64,000 nt of DNA, taken from contig NC_043000.1 of the NCBI RefSeq assembly GCF_006345805.1, forward strand, positions 7,254,001 through 7,318,000, given 5' to 3'. This DNA comes from Octopus sinensis (lineage: Eukaryota). A program made the translations under genes and the position numbers. This document shows, in pieces, positions 38,114 through 50,439 of the stretch. The notes under the pieces were generated by a model that had not been told where the DNA came from, made no database searches, and saw only the letters and a program-made list of their open reading frames with translations. Each line of letters opens with the position of its first letter. Position 1 is the stretch's first letter.

Positions 38114-38332
38114 CACTGGTTTTCAACCAGGGTTCTGTGGAACCTTAGCGTTCCGCCAGTACAGTCCAGGGGTTCTGCAAGAAGTTACAAAACTGCTAAA
38201 ATCGGCAGTAATTTATAATTCTCCTGTGCAGATATGTGTGCATAAGACTATTAAATTATTGCACAGGGGTTCCTCGAGCCAGTGGAATGTTTCCTTGGGG
38301 TTCCGCTCCAGCAAAAAGTTTGAAAAGCACTG
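38114..38332. mobile_element. hAT (Charlie-like) MITE
   Basis: TIRs cactggttttcaa/ttgaaaagcactg; TSD gtctagat/gtttagat. Confidence 0.82.
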
Positions 38333-38411
38333 GTTTAGATGTTGTAGGCTACCAGCACTTCCACTGAAACCTGACTCCATATTATTATCATCATCATCAT
38401 GAGCACCTTAA

Positions 38412-38563
38412 CCCTTTAGCTTTCAGATTTCTCTGTCAAATGTATTATCTTGCATTTTTAGAATGGCATTGTAGGGTAGGTCAGAGAGGTTGGATCTGGT
38501 CAGTTTTAACATAAAACATGTATAACATTTGGGCTGTACATGGCTGGATTAAATGCTAAAGGA
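38412..38563 (-). mobile_element. piggyBac-type MITE (family C), internally deleted
   Basis: TTAA-ccctttagc...aatgctaaagga-TTAA. Confidence 0.78.
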
Positions 38564-38849
38564 TTAATTAAAAACAAAATTATTGTAAAAATTAAAATAG
38601 GGGCTCCTGAGGTGGATATCCCCATTCAGCATTCAACTTTTAAACTCTGAACTCATATTAGTGTTACTCTCTGTTTATGTTGTACAGGCAATGAATTTCT
38701 TTTACATGGAAACATTTTTTTGAAAGTTTCTAAAAGAGGCATGAAATTTGGTTTGGTAATGATGGGTAAATGCAACAGTGAACATCCTTTCTACATGGCT
38801 CATTAACATCCATCATTGCACACTGAAATTCTTGGTTATATTCAGGATT

Positions 38850-39210
38850 CCTCTTTATTTTGTAAATTTGGTGTTTATTTATGTATTGGCATGTTAACAC
38901 ACCAACAACGGAAATACCAGTACAAGGAGATAACAGCAGAAGATTTTATGCTCAAGAATATGGTTTGAGGAAGAATGTGCTTAAGTTCAACCATTCCATA
39001 CAAACTAAGTGGTAAGCATAAGGAATATAGTAATAGTGTGGCATTGAGAGGTTTAGTAAATATAACCTTTGTTCTCCATCCTTACATTGACGAGAACTTG
39101 AAGAGGAATTTCGAAAAAAATGTGATAAATTAGAGGAAAGAGGAATATAGGGAAATATATTTGTACCAAAATGGTAGAATAACAAGGAATTCAGTACATT
39201 GTAAGAACAG
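38850..39210 (+). pseudogene. Possible piggyBac (PGBD-like) transposase fossil
   Basis: One frame with stops: IWCL...QGDNSRRFYAQEYGLRKNVLKF...KLEERGI*GNIFVPKW*NNKEFSTL, resembling PGBD FWC..QG...EYG..VL.F and KKERG..GNIV.RWNDN. Confidence 0.42.
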
Positions 39211-39489
39211 AAGGTTGTTACCAGTTCATGAAAAGGCAGGGTTTATCAGTGCAGACAAAAAACATCCACTGTGCTGGGAATTCTATTTGATTATAATGAC
39301 AAAATTTTAGAATTTCCTAGGTTTTGAAGATGATTGGTTCAACATTCATCTACATATGGAGATGCAATACTTGGACACATCATTAACGTTGTATTCTGAA
39401 CTTCTGGGTATTTTGGGTCTTACAACATGCACCATTATCTAAGTGACCCAATTCAAGTCAATCAAGCCTAGGTTTTTGTCGGTGACATT

Positions 39490-39770
39490 CTACTGACCTC
39501 CACCAATCACTTCTTTTCAGGTAGTGCCATCTTGATGCTTTCTCAACAGCTTCAACATTATTTTTGATGGTTCATCTTCGGCAAGCTCCTGAAATACTCA
39601 GTTTCATAGGCCTTAATCAGTACAGTCTGCAAACCTTCAGCTGCCAACCTCCACTGGCAAAAATCTCATTCACTTATTCTTGTGGCAGTCCTCTACTAAC
39701 TCCTGGTCCTTAGTTCTTTTTCTCTCTTGAGCCCCTTCCACACTTTTTCTCCCAGGATACACTTAAATGT
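39490..39770 (-). mobile_element. HERO/R2-group (restriction-like endonuclease) non-LTR element C-terminal fossil
   Basis: LSVSWEK/VEGAQERKRTKDQELVEDCHKNK*..PVEVG and VEAVEKASRWHYLKR match the ELTVPWE..ERK..KY.EL..PVEVG..AE.ASRWLW.KR pattern. Confidence 0.62.
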
Positions 39771-40799
39771 TTTCCAAGCTTCTTTTTGTGTTTTTGTTTA
39801 TGATCAGATGTTGTCTTATAGGATGCATTCTCCTATTGCTAAACTGATTTTCTTTTCTTTTGCAACATTTTACTACTTTATTTACATTTGACATTTTCAC
39901 TACAGATGACTGTTCTTGTTTCATTTCTAGCTTTGTGGTCAACTGTCCGAGTACATTATTGTAGTCAAATGTTTTCTGCTAAAATAAGTTGCTTTTTTTT
40001 TTGTTTTGTTTATTTCTTGCCATAAAGTAGTTTCATTCTCTTTTTCTACGAAGAGATTGCTGCCATTTGTTAATGAGAAGACTTTTGCTCATCTGTCAGT
40101 CCTTCCTTTGGTGCTTATCCAGACATAACAGTTGCTATTGTGTTATCTATAGCCAGTGGTTATTTTAAATCATTTATCGATTAATACATTGAAATAGTGC
40201 TGATGATAGTGCCAGCCAATGAACTGTGGCTACCCTGGTGCAACACTATAAAAAACAGATCCCAGCAGGACTTGAACCAATGGTTTTCAAACCACTTTAC
40301 TGACTAAGCTAGGTGATGGATACTATTCATCTGTAAGAATCAGTCATTTAATCTGTTATTACAAATTTATTTCCTGGATGTTAAGCCATTTAGAAACTGA
40401 CTTCATTAAGGAATAAAAAAGTTACTCTTAAAATTTTAAATCTAATTAAAGGACTCTGAAAATTTTAATCTAATTAAAGGACTCTGAAAATGTACTTTGG
40501 TAATATGATGGAAGTGTTCTTCTGTAAGGTCACTGCGTAATTGTCTTGTTGAATTAAACATGAAATATTTTAGATGAATCCTTGAATTTTATTGAATCGT
40601 CATAGGAACGAGAAAATGAAAATTAAGAATCTAGAAGCTAAAATTTCCTGTGAGTTTAGTACCTGCAGTTCTGTGCTTTCCATCTCCACTATATTTAGTT
40701 AACTGTTCATTATTTAGGATCAATAAAATAAGTAACAGTTGCATTATATAACTAGAAAAGCACTCAGAGAGTGCAGACCTCCACCAAACCAGCAAGAGC

Positions 40800-40950
40800 A
40801 GTACTACAACGATGATGACAACCACCACCACTACCACCTATCACAGTCACCACCACTACCACCTATCACAGTCACCACCACAACTATCAACATCATCAAC
40901 ATCATCGTCATTGCTTCCATTTCAGCCACATACATCACCACCACCATCTA
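40800..40950. repeat. (CAC/CAT) trinucleotide tract with a 25-bp tandem duplication (40823-40881)
   Basis: caccaccactaccacctatcacagt repeated about 2.4 times. Confidence 0.85.
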
Positions 40951-41454
40951 GGGATCATATGAATGCCGTGAAATCACTTTCCTCCTTTATGTGTGTCTGG
41001 CACGATGTTGAAGAGAGCAGGACCAATTGAGGTGAAATAGTTCTGTCATAGTGTTGTGATACGACACGAACATTTCTGTAGTGGATGGATGGCATAGGGC
41101 CAAGCCTCAAACAAATTCTAAAGATGGGCAATGTTGATGGAATATTTTCCACATCACAGAGCTCACAGTGGCGATGGAGGCAGCAAAGCCTGAGCTTTTT
41201 GAGTCAATCCCAATAGTCAAGGCTTTTCATGTTGTCCTCTGCAGACGTCCACCAAGCAGCTCATTTTAGGTTAGATACGGGAGTAAAATTAGTAATAGAG
41301 AAACGGAAAAAAAATTTAGAAACAACAACGCTACCATAGGTTATGTGCAAACGATGAATGCGTTTTCAAGGGAGATAATCAAAGAACGTAACATTGTAAT
41401 ACTTCATGTAAAGTAAATATAACAAATGAAAATTCCTTCAAGAATCCATAAAAA

Positions 41455-41562
41455 TTCCCAGATCACTACCAAAATTTGTGTCATTAGCAGCTTTTTCTGC
41501 AAATTTCATCAAATACTGTTCACAACTTTGAGTTATTTTGCACACAGACGGACAAGCCAACA
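41455..41562 (-). mobile_element. Helentron/HINE-like element 5' portion
   Basis: gaaaacataacctcctcccttggcagaggtaataa resembles, as reverse complement, the start of 30968-31328. Confidence 0.5.
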
Positions 41563-42011
41563 CCGATGAAAACATAACCTCCTCCCTTGGCAGAGGTAAT
41601 AAATGAACATCCACTTGACACGATATATCTCCAGCTACTTAAAACTCTATATTAGGAACACTTTCTCAAATAGCCAGCTCGGTTTAGGATGGAAGATATT
41701 AAAAATGAAGTTTAATGAACCTTTTTGAATTTAACAACTGGTCCAAGACTGATGGATTGAAGAAATTTACTAGTATTTCTTACTTCAGTAAACATTTCTA
41801 CTTCATGTAGTTCATGATCTGTATTGGTTGCAGACCTAAGTTTGTTATTTCTTGTTGGTAATTTTATTTCTACCTTCAAATATAATGGCAGACTTTTGGG
41901 AAGTATTCTTTATAACAAGTATTTTGTCAAATGCTAGAATGTCATGGCCAAGTTCTTGGTAAATCAATAACATAGTTTGGTGTTATTACTCAATAACTAA
42001 GATAATACCAA

Positions 42012-42290
42012 CATCATCATCATCATATGTCCATTTTCCATGCTGGCATGGGTTGGACAAACTGACAGGAGTTGGTCTGCTAGAGAGCTGCCCAGGCTAC
42101 AATTGCCTGTTTTAGCATGGTTTTTATGGCTGGATCCCCTTCCTAATACCAACTGCTTAACAAAGTGTACCGGGTGCTGTTTACATAGCACCAGCCTATG
42201 TGTTTTTCATGCAGAACTGGCATGGGTGCTTTTTATGTAGCACCAGCATGGGTGCTTTTTATATGACACCAAAATAGGTGCTATTACTTG
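42012..42290 (-). repeat. Diverged copy of the RTE LINE 3' tail
   Basis: (cat)n followed by gtccattttccatgctggcatgggttgga. Confidence 0.7.
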
Positions 42291-42503
42291 ATGATCAAGT
42301 AAGAATCAGAAATTAGAAAAGACCTTTCCTTCCTCCTATTAAAAGATCAATTTTGAAACCCTTTATTTCAACTTTAATATTTGTTATTATTGATTAAGGT
42401 ATATTATGAATTCACTTTTGATAACTGAAATTGAATTTTACTCATATTAAAAATGTAACTTTTACTGATTGAAATGTTTTTTCCCCTTTTTTCTTTTCTC
42501 AAG

Positions 42504-42612
42504 AATGGCAAAAGCTTCCATGTCCATGACCAAGTGAGATTTGCAAAGGAAATATTACCATTGTACTTCAAACACAACAACATTGCCAGTTTTATTCGGC
42601 AACTGAATATGT
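42504..42612 (+). CDS. HSF1: Heat shock factor DNA-binding domain, internal exon (HSF1 exon-2 equivalent)
   Basis: Acceptor ccccttttttcttttctcaag, donor gtaagt; 109 nt, phase 0 to 1; [37 protein letters not shown] contains the HSF signature FKHNN.ASF.RQLNMY. Paralog identity is inferred from invertebrates usually having one canonical HSF. Confidence 0.93.
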
Positions 42613-42984
42613 GTAAGTTTCTTCAGCCATTTACTTTTTAACCCTTTTTTTTATTACCATTTTATCTGTTGATATAGATTGCTGTTGTTTCAATTAATTT
42701 CGGAAATAATGAAGACATTAGGAAAATAACTTTGTTACTAATCTAGTGTCTGGAACATGAATTAGCATGAAATTTAGATGGAAGGTTTTTCATTCAAGAA
42801 GTTTGTATCAGTGACCAAGCAGGTTGATACCAAAAGGGTCAAACAGTTTCTGAGTCCTTCATGAAGAAATACTAACAATACAATCCGTTAGTCTATTCTT
42901 GTTTGTATACCGTGCAGCATTTTGATTTTAGTTTTTCAAAGTTTTGATATAGTTTTGGAAAGATTCATCATCATCATCATTTAA

Positions 42985-43184
42985 CCCTTTTGTTACTGTA
43001 TTTATTTTCAGATGCTCTGTGTTTCTTTCAGTTACTTTTAGTAAAATAACTTATCATTCAGCCAGTGTCAGGAACATAAATTGTGACTAAGGTTTGGTGG
43101 AAGATTTTAATTCAGAACTTATGAAAACAAGACATTTGTACTACCGAGCCAGAGCCGGTTTCAGCTGGGTTGGTAATGATAGGG
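42985..43184. mobile_element. piggyBac-type MITE (family D)
   Basis: TTAA-cccttttgttac...gtaatgataggg-TTAA; partial relatives near 25730-25921, 42700-42842 and 61443-61665. Confidence 0.8.
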
Positions 43185-43789
43185 TTAACATACACGTTCC
43201 ATGCTGGCATGGGTTAGATCTGGTGAGTCCAAAGGTGGAATCATGCTCCAGTATTGTTTCTGCAGCTGGATCCCCTTCCTAGCACCAATCACTTTATTGT
43301 GTGTACTGGGTGCTTTTGTTGCCATGCAGCTTGCAGGACTAAGAACCCTGGGGAAGGTGGGAGTCAGCTCTGTGACTGTTAATGTATGAAAGGGGTTGCT
43401 GAGCAGGTTCTTGTTGAGGATTTGTGGCTACTTACATTTAATAGAAGAAGGGCAGAAAAAGAGAAATGATCAGTTGGCATGGCAAAGAGTTGAGTGTTAC
43501 AAATTTAACAAAGATATACTAAAAAGTAGTATGAATACCAAATGATATTGTTAGGATGCTGTTTTACTGTGGTTATTTTCCTTGAAAAATCCTCTCACAT
43601 AAATGTCTAGTGCTAAGAAACAGAAATATCAGTAGCAGATAAGAATGGTTCTCTACTCTTACTGGATAATTCTCACCTGCTGCAAATATTTTTGTGCTTC
43701 TTAGCGCTAGACATTTATATTACACCACAGTAATACTGCAGTTTTACAATACATTCATGTTAAGTAGGATGTAAAGATTGCCATTAGGA

Positions 43790-43943
43790 AGTAGGACAGT
43801 GGTAAGAAGCTTACTTCCCAACCACATGGTTCTGGGTTCTGTCCTACTGTGAGGCACCCTGGGCAAGTATCTTCTACTATAGCCTTGGGCTGACCAAAAC
43901 CTTGTGAGTGGATTTGGTAGACAGAAACTGAAAGAAGCCTGTC

Positions 43944-43976
<33 letters not shown>

Positions 43977-44481
43977 TATACTAGCAGTATCGCCCGGCGT
44001 TGCTCGGGTTTGTAAGGGAAATAACTATATAAGAATTTTTAGAGAGTTACTTCCCTTATAGATGCCAATTCGGGCTTTCTTAGCCATTTCTGTTTTGGTG
44101 TCTTCAAGCCATGAAGTTGTCGTTCTAAAAGAACGCTGGTCTCCTTGACAACGCTTTACGACGTTGATTTCCTTACACTCCCTTCCCCACAGCTTCACGA
44201 GGGAGGGAAGAAGGGGGAGAAGCAAACAGGTGCAGGTGTGACCATGGACGCCAACTCCGCCGCCATCGACACACGAAAAATTATGCATTAAAATGGAATA
44301 AAAAATGATGTTAAATTATTTTTTAAATCGTAGACTCATCGTAGACGCGCACTAATAGCCAGAAGGGCTCGATATGAATCACGACTATAAGATACCCGAA
44401 CTTAGTTAAACTGCACCGCAAAATGTGGGAGTAGTTAGGAATCTAAATCGAAGGGGACAGACACTCACACAACTACAGTTT

Positions 44482-44560
<79 letters not shown>

Positions 44561-44900
44561 GTGTATGTCTGTGTTTGTCTCCCCATCACCACTTGACAAC
44601 TGGTGATGGTGTGTTTATGTCCCCCATAACTTAGCGGTTCGGCAAAAGACACTGATAGAATACCAGGCTTAAAAAATATATATATATATATATATGTCTA
44701 TGTATATGTATGTATTTTTGTCCCCCTCACCATTGCTTGACAACCGATGTTGGTGTGTTTACATCCCCATAACTTAGCTGTTGTCAAAAATGACTGATAG
44801 AATAAGTACTAGGCTTACAAAATCCTGGTGTTGATTTGTTCGACTAAAAGTGGTGCTCCAGCATGGCTGCAGTCAAATGACTGAAACAAATAAAAGAATA
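43790..44900 (+). mobile_element. SINE family A with a nested insertion and a duplicated 3' half
   Basis: Head 43790-43945; 3' module at 44560-44670 and again at 44700-44900. Confidence 0.7.
43979..44490 (+). mobile_element. Helentron/DINE-1/Lep1-like non-autonomous element
   Basis: 5' end tactagcagtatcgcccggcgttgctcggg; 3' end acagacactcacac...ttttattatata; CpG-rich (young); sits in a (TA)n array. Confidence 0.65.
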
Positions 44901-46261
44901 TTGATATAGTAGATGACTGTTTTATTTTCTTTGTTTAATTGAGGTTATATCAAGCACTGTAAGCCCAATAGAGTACACAGGAAAAAGAAGGAATGTTCTT
45001 TTCATAATGCAACAGAAAGCAACAGTTCATTTCCAGTGAAAGCAAAAAGGGCGTCTTCCAACTTTCTGACTAGTTATAAGATCATTGTGTTACTGAATAC
45101 AGTCAAAAGTTCTTTTTTCATTTGTTTTTTGTTTTAAAAAAGAATTTTGTGTTATTCCCACACCATGAGAAGTTTATCAAGTTAAAAAGTGTTGCAAGTG
45201 TACACAAAGGAAGGAAAATAAATTCTCTAAGTCTTAACATACTGTGAATGTTTCTGTGTATTTGTTTATGTTGCCTTACAGAAATTAAGCTAGAGAGAGA
45301 GAGATAGTGGACAGTCATCATCATTGTTTTAATGTCTACTTTTCCACGCTTACATGGGTCATATGAAATTCGTTGAGTCAAATTTTCTATTCCTTGATGC
45401 TCCTTGTGTTGCAAATGCTTACCTGTTTCCCTAGTCCCCTGAATGCAAAGAGCACAGTGGCCTGACACCCTTTCATGGAAGATTGCAAGCAAGTGTAATT
45501 GTTTGTATAACAGTGATATTTGTTTACAAGTGTCATGCAGTATGAAGACAAACAGAAACGTGCAGACACATACACATGGGCTTCTTTTAGTTTCTATCTC
45601 TCAAATCCACTTATAAGGCTTTGGCTGACCTGGGGCTGTAGTAGAAGACACTTCCCCAAAATGCCATTCAGTACAACTCAATCCCAAGCAATATGGTTGT
45701 GAAGCAAACTTTTTAACTACACAGCCATGCCTGCACCATTACACTATAATTTTTTATTTATTTAATATAATTTTACATGTTACATTCATTTAAATTTTAT
45801 ATTCAAGCAACACTTTAATCTAGAAAATAAAGGATTGTAGTTATTGATGGTGGTTATTTCTTTTAAAATAGTCATTTATTTAAGTGTTTTAAGTTTTAAT
45901 GAATATAAAGATCCCCCCCCCTTCCTCTTAGTCACAACTGACCGTGAGATTGCACCTAGAAAGTTCCCCTCTGAGGCACAAGTCCAGGCAAGGTTGTTTG
46001 TTAGAGACCAGCAGTTGCACCTGCATACCAATCTCTCCTCTTCATGCCACTGATGTTGTCTGAAATAAAAACAAAGGCTGATACAGCTTGGCACCAGTGA
46101 TTTTGCAACTCATCTCTACAGCCGAGTGAACAGGAGCAATGTGAAATAAAATTGTCTTGCTCAAGAACACAACACACGGCCCAGTCTGGGAATTCAACTC
46201 ACAATCTCACGATTGTAAGCCTGATGCTCTGACCACTGAGTTATGGCTGTGTGTGTGTGTG

Positions 46262-46450
46262 TGATCATCATTATCACACGTCCATTTTCCATGCTGGCAT
46301 GTGTTGGATGATTTGGCAGGAGCTGGCAAGCCAAAGGAATGTGCCAAGCTTTATTGTCTGCTTTGGTGTCGTTTCTAAGGCCGGATGCCTTTCTTTCTTA
46401 ACACCAGCCACTTTATGAAGTGTCCTAGGTACTTGTTATGTGGTGCCACC
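46262..46450 (-). repeat. Diverged copy of the RTE LINE 3' tail
   Basis: catcattatc...gtccattttccatgctggcatg...ggatgcc motif. Confidence 0.6.
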
Positions 46451-46868
46451 ACCAGCAAGGTCAAGTAATTTGCAATACAAGACCCCTCCCCCCCAACTTA
46501 GTATGGAGTCGTATTGAGAGAATCAGATTTGTACCAGGTAATGAGAAGCTGAAGTATAATAGTTGGATGGACAGAAACAGGTGTCTTTCTGTAAAGGAGA
46601 TAAGTGGTTATCCCAGTGTGGGGAGGGAAGAGAGAGAGAGAGAGAGGATGGTGGTGAAAATGTGTTCAGATGTATCTTCAAGTTACAGGTAGGTGAATAT
46701 AAATGAAGTGATACTGAGATTTGGACTGGATAGACACACACACACATTGGTAATTCATAATCAGAGATTACCTATTTAAAAATCCTTGATTTTCATTTTA
46801 TAGTGTCTTTCATTTACATTTTTATATATTAAGGTATATAACTAGTTTCATTGCAACTTTTTATAGAG

Positions 46869-47052
46869 ATGTACTTGCATAGCAAGTAATTTGATCTGAG
46901 ATCGTGTGCTGAAACGAAAACAATTGCAGAAACAATTTAAGAAACACACAAAAGCTGTTCGATTCACTTCAACATTTAAGTTTAATTTGTCAAAATATTT
47001 TCGTCGCTAAAGTCCGCGACCTGTTCACTGACAAAGTCCGTGCTGCATCTGC
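46869..47052 (-). mobile_element. CpG-rich Penelope-like terminal remnant carrying a hammerhead-like fold
   Basis: CpG island in a CpG-poor background; contains the 46986-47035 motif. Confidence 0.45.
46986..47035 (-). ncRNA. Minimal type I hammerhead ribozyme candidate with G3:C8 swap
   Basis: Minus strand TTTGTCA-GTGAACA-G-GTCGC-ggacttta-GCGAC-GAA-AATATT-T-TGACAAA: 7-bp stem I, 5-bp stem II, palindromic helix III. Confidence 0.6.
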
Positions 47053-50000
47053 ATTTTTATAGCCTTTTGATAAAAACCTCTTTTTTCTTTAAAATTTTGT
47101 AAACTTTGTTTTATGGTTAGTTGTTTGTAAGTCCTTTAATATCATTATTATTATCATTTTCTATGCTGATGTGTATTTTCTATGCTGACATGATCTAGGA
47201 AAATTGTCATGACCCGAGTCAGTTCTTAATCAGACTTATTGTTCTCCTGGTCAGGTTAGAGAGACACATCTCACTTGTATGTTTCATTCTGGCTTACTTT
47301 CTATGGCTAAATGCCCTCCGTCATACAAACCTCTTTACCAAGTATACTGGTGCATTTTAGTAAATGATATAAAAAAAAATCACAATAGCATAGCTATAGC
47401 ATTTACACTTTAATATTAGTAGGTTAGACTGCTTAAATGTAGCTCGATGAGTCACATCTGCCATGTATATTGTGTGTGTTCAGTCTATATGTACGATTAG
47501 TTTGATTACAAAACAAATAGTGTCAGAGGTATCATAAATTTAAGAATCAGAATTGAAGGTTTTTATGTACTAACTCTACAGTCCTTGGTTAAATAATATA
47601 TGTACCATACTTCCTATGTATCTATCCACCTGTTCATCCATCCATCTCTCCCTCCCTCATTAAGTATTCAATACACCCTTATGTTTGAAATGTGTTGAGT
47701 TTTTATTCAGTCATTTCTTCTTAATCCATTGATGTGCTTAGTTAACCTAAAAGCTGATTGAACAAAATCTTGGTTTTGATAGAATCGTAACAGATCCAAA
47801 CTTCTCACAATTTCAAATATTGTGGCAGTGAAGTTAATTTGGTTATTTAACAGTTTTCAGATTTCAAAACTTGTTTTAAGCATAGGGATCTCTTTACACA
47901 AAATAGTTTATTCACCTCTGTCTGTCTAAACAGAAATAGTTCTCTTTCTGCTTGGGTTAACCATCGTTAAACTACACTTTATCCAGGCTGACTCCTATTT
48001 CTTAACTACAAATGGAAAGAGATGGAAATTTATGTTTTAGGAGTCACTTTGATCCAGGAAAATGATTTGGTTTCTTGGAAACCAAACTAATTCCTTAAAC
48101 ATTCACCACACAAATAATATAGATAGATAGATAGATAGATAGATATCACTTTTTTTAAACATTCCCTTTTCCATGGTTGTATAGATTGGACAGAATTTTG
48201 TTGAAGCAGGTTTTCTATGGACAGCTCAATTCCTGTCACCAGCCTTTACTTGTTTCTAAGCAAGGTGATATATTTCTCCATAGCCAGATATGTTTTCATG
48301 GAAGATAGGGAATGAAAGACACTGCTTGTATGATGTTGGCATTTGCTTGCGACTGTTATGTGATGTCAAGGCATAGAGGCAATGACATGCACGCAGGCTA
48401 CAAAAGAAAATAACTTGCCCTAGGTGCTCAGCAGAAGACATTTGCCCATGCTGCAGGATTGAATCTGGAGCTATGTGGTTGACAAGCAAACTCCTTACCA
48501 TGCAGCCATACTTGTGCCAGACAAAGATTTAAATAATTGCAATGGTTAGTGATTAGTTCAGCCATTCTTTTGGCATATTTGTTGTGATTTTTCATCTGTC
48601 TTAAATATGACAGCATGATCTTATCATCTTATAGCTTATCTCAATGTTGTTTAAGTGATTCTATTTATATTAACTAGTTAGTGAAGCACTCAGTGGAGGG
48701 ATTAACTGATGAATGATTAGAATGCTTACAGCACTGACATGGAGGAAGTTAGGGTTCCAGATTAAAAAAAAAAAAGGTGATCTTCCATTTGTGAATGCTT
48801 CTTCATGAATGTGTGCATATGCATGCACATGTGTGCATGTGTGTTTTAATACTAGTACTTGTATGAATTAACAAATAAAACTGAATTCCACTACTCAACA
48901 AGGAAGCTTGTATGTGATATTTTAACTCATTAGAAATAGAAGCCTGCTCTCTCCTGTCACATCCTACTGTATAAGTTTTTGTGTTACGAGAAGTGAATTC
49001 TGGCATTTGATGCATGGCCCTTCATTGAAAAATAAATGACAAGTTGTTTAACCTTAAGTTATCCCTTATTGATCTAATCTATAAACAAAAACAAAAAAAA
49101 AAAAATGTTCATGCTATGATCATCGTATCTCTGTGTTATATTATTCAATGTGTCTTTTTATAAAGACCTTTTTGTGGTTTGAAAGCAATTTGCCTATTTC
49201 TTGTAGGTTGAGTATCAATGTTGGGGTTCTCTTGGTTTGATTCAATAGAAAGTATATTGGCATGTTATAAGGAAAATTGAACAAAGTAAGAAAAGGGAGT
49301 GATGGTTAGTCACTGAGACTGGTGGTAGGTGGTCCCTATGAGATAGAACAACATAGAGAAACAGAAATGAAGAGAGAGGTAATGGGTCAGGAGTCAGACA
49401 CATAACTTTGCTGTTAAGAAATTCCCTTTGCAGTCCTGTGATTTCGGGTTTGATTTCACTGCATGGCACCTTAGAGAAGTACCTACTATTATCATAGCCT
49501 CGGGTCAACCAAAAGACTTGTGAAACTGGTTGATGGTTAATTGCATGCAAACCCATAAAGTAAATATGTATATCAGTTTGGGAGAGAAAATCAGCGTGGA
49601 TATGAGGCAATCTGTGGAGAAGATCTGTGCTGTTAGCATACTAAAAATGTTGGTCCATGGATTAGGATAATACTTGAACGTTGTTGCTGTTAAGTGAAGT
49701 CATCATCTAAAGTCTGGCTTATTTTTCCTTTGTATAAAGCATTGCAAAGTTTGTGAGATGCGGTTGTATTGATTTTATTGTAATGGTCATATCTTCATAA
49801 TGCTTATATTATTCTCTTGACTCCTAGTGACAGATATATCTTATGATGTTCTGTTTCTGTTGCATTTATATCCCTTTATACCCAGATCAGCTTAGCTGAT
49901 CACCCTTTATGAGGTTGATAGAATAAATTTAAACAAAGTGCTGGGGTGTTGATGTAATTGACTAATGACCCTTGAAGAAGGTGCCCCCAAGAGGGCTGCA

Positions 50001-50439
50001 AGCCTAAGCTACTTCAGGATAGCTGCTGTCCATGTAAAGAATTAAAAAATTTAGACATACATTCATCTATATACATGCAGACAAGACATACCATGAACAT
50101 GTATGTATAATTATAGTACGTAAGTGAAGAAGGAATGGAGTAGAAAAGCATGATGAAGCAAACAAGAGGTGTTTTTGTAAATAGGAAGAATGAAAGGTTT
50201 TTAGAAGTTAGTTTGTAAAATGTGTGTATAGTGGGGTTAATACATTGGTAAATACCAGCAAAAATAACTTAAGCAGATGAACGTCTTCATGTGCACATGC
50301 ACACCAGGTTGTAAACATTCGTTAAGGTGCCACTAATCACAAAAATAAAGGAAGTAAAAACAAGGGTTGCCATAAGGGAAAGAGAAAGAATTAAGAAACA
50401 TATATTTTCATTGATGCTGGTAGGTGAAGCTGTTCTAAT

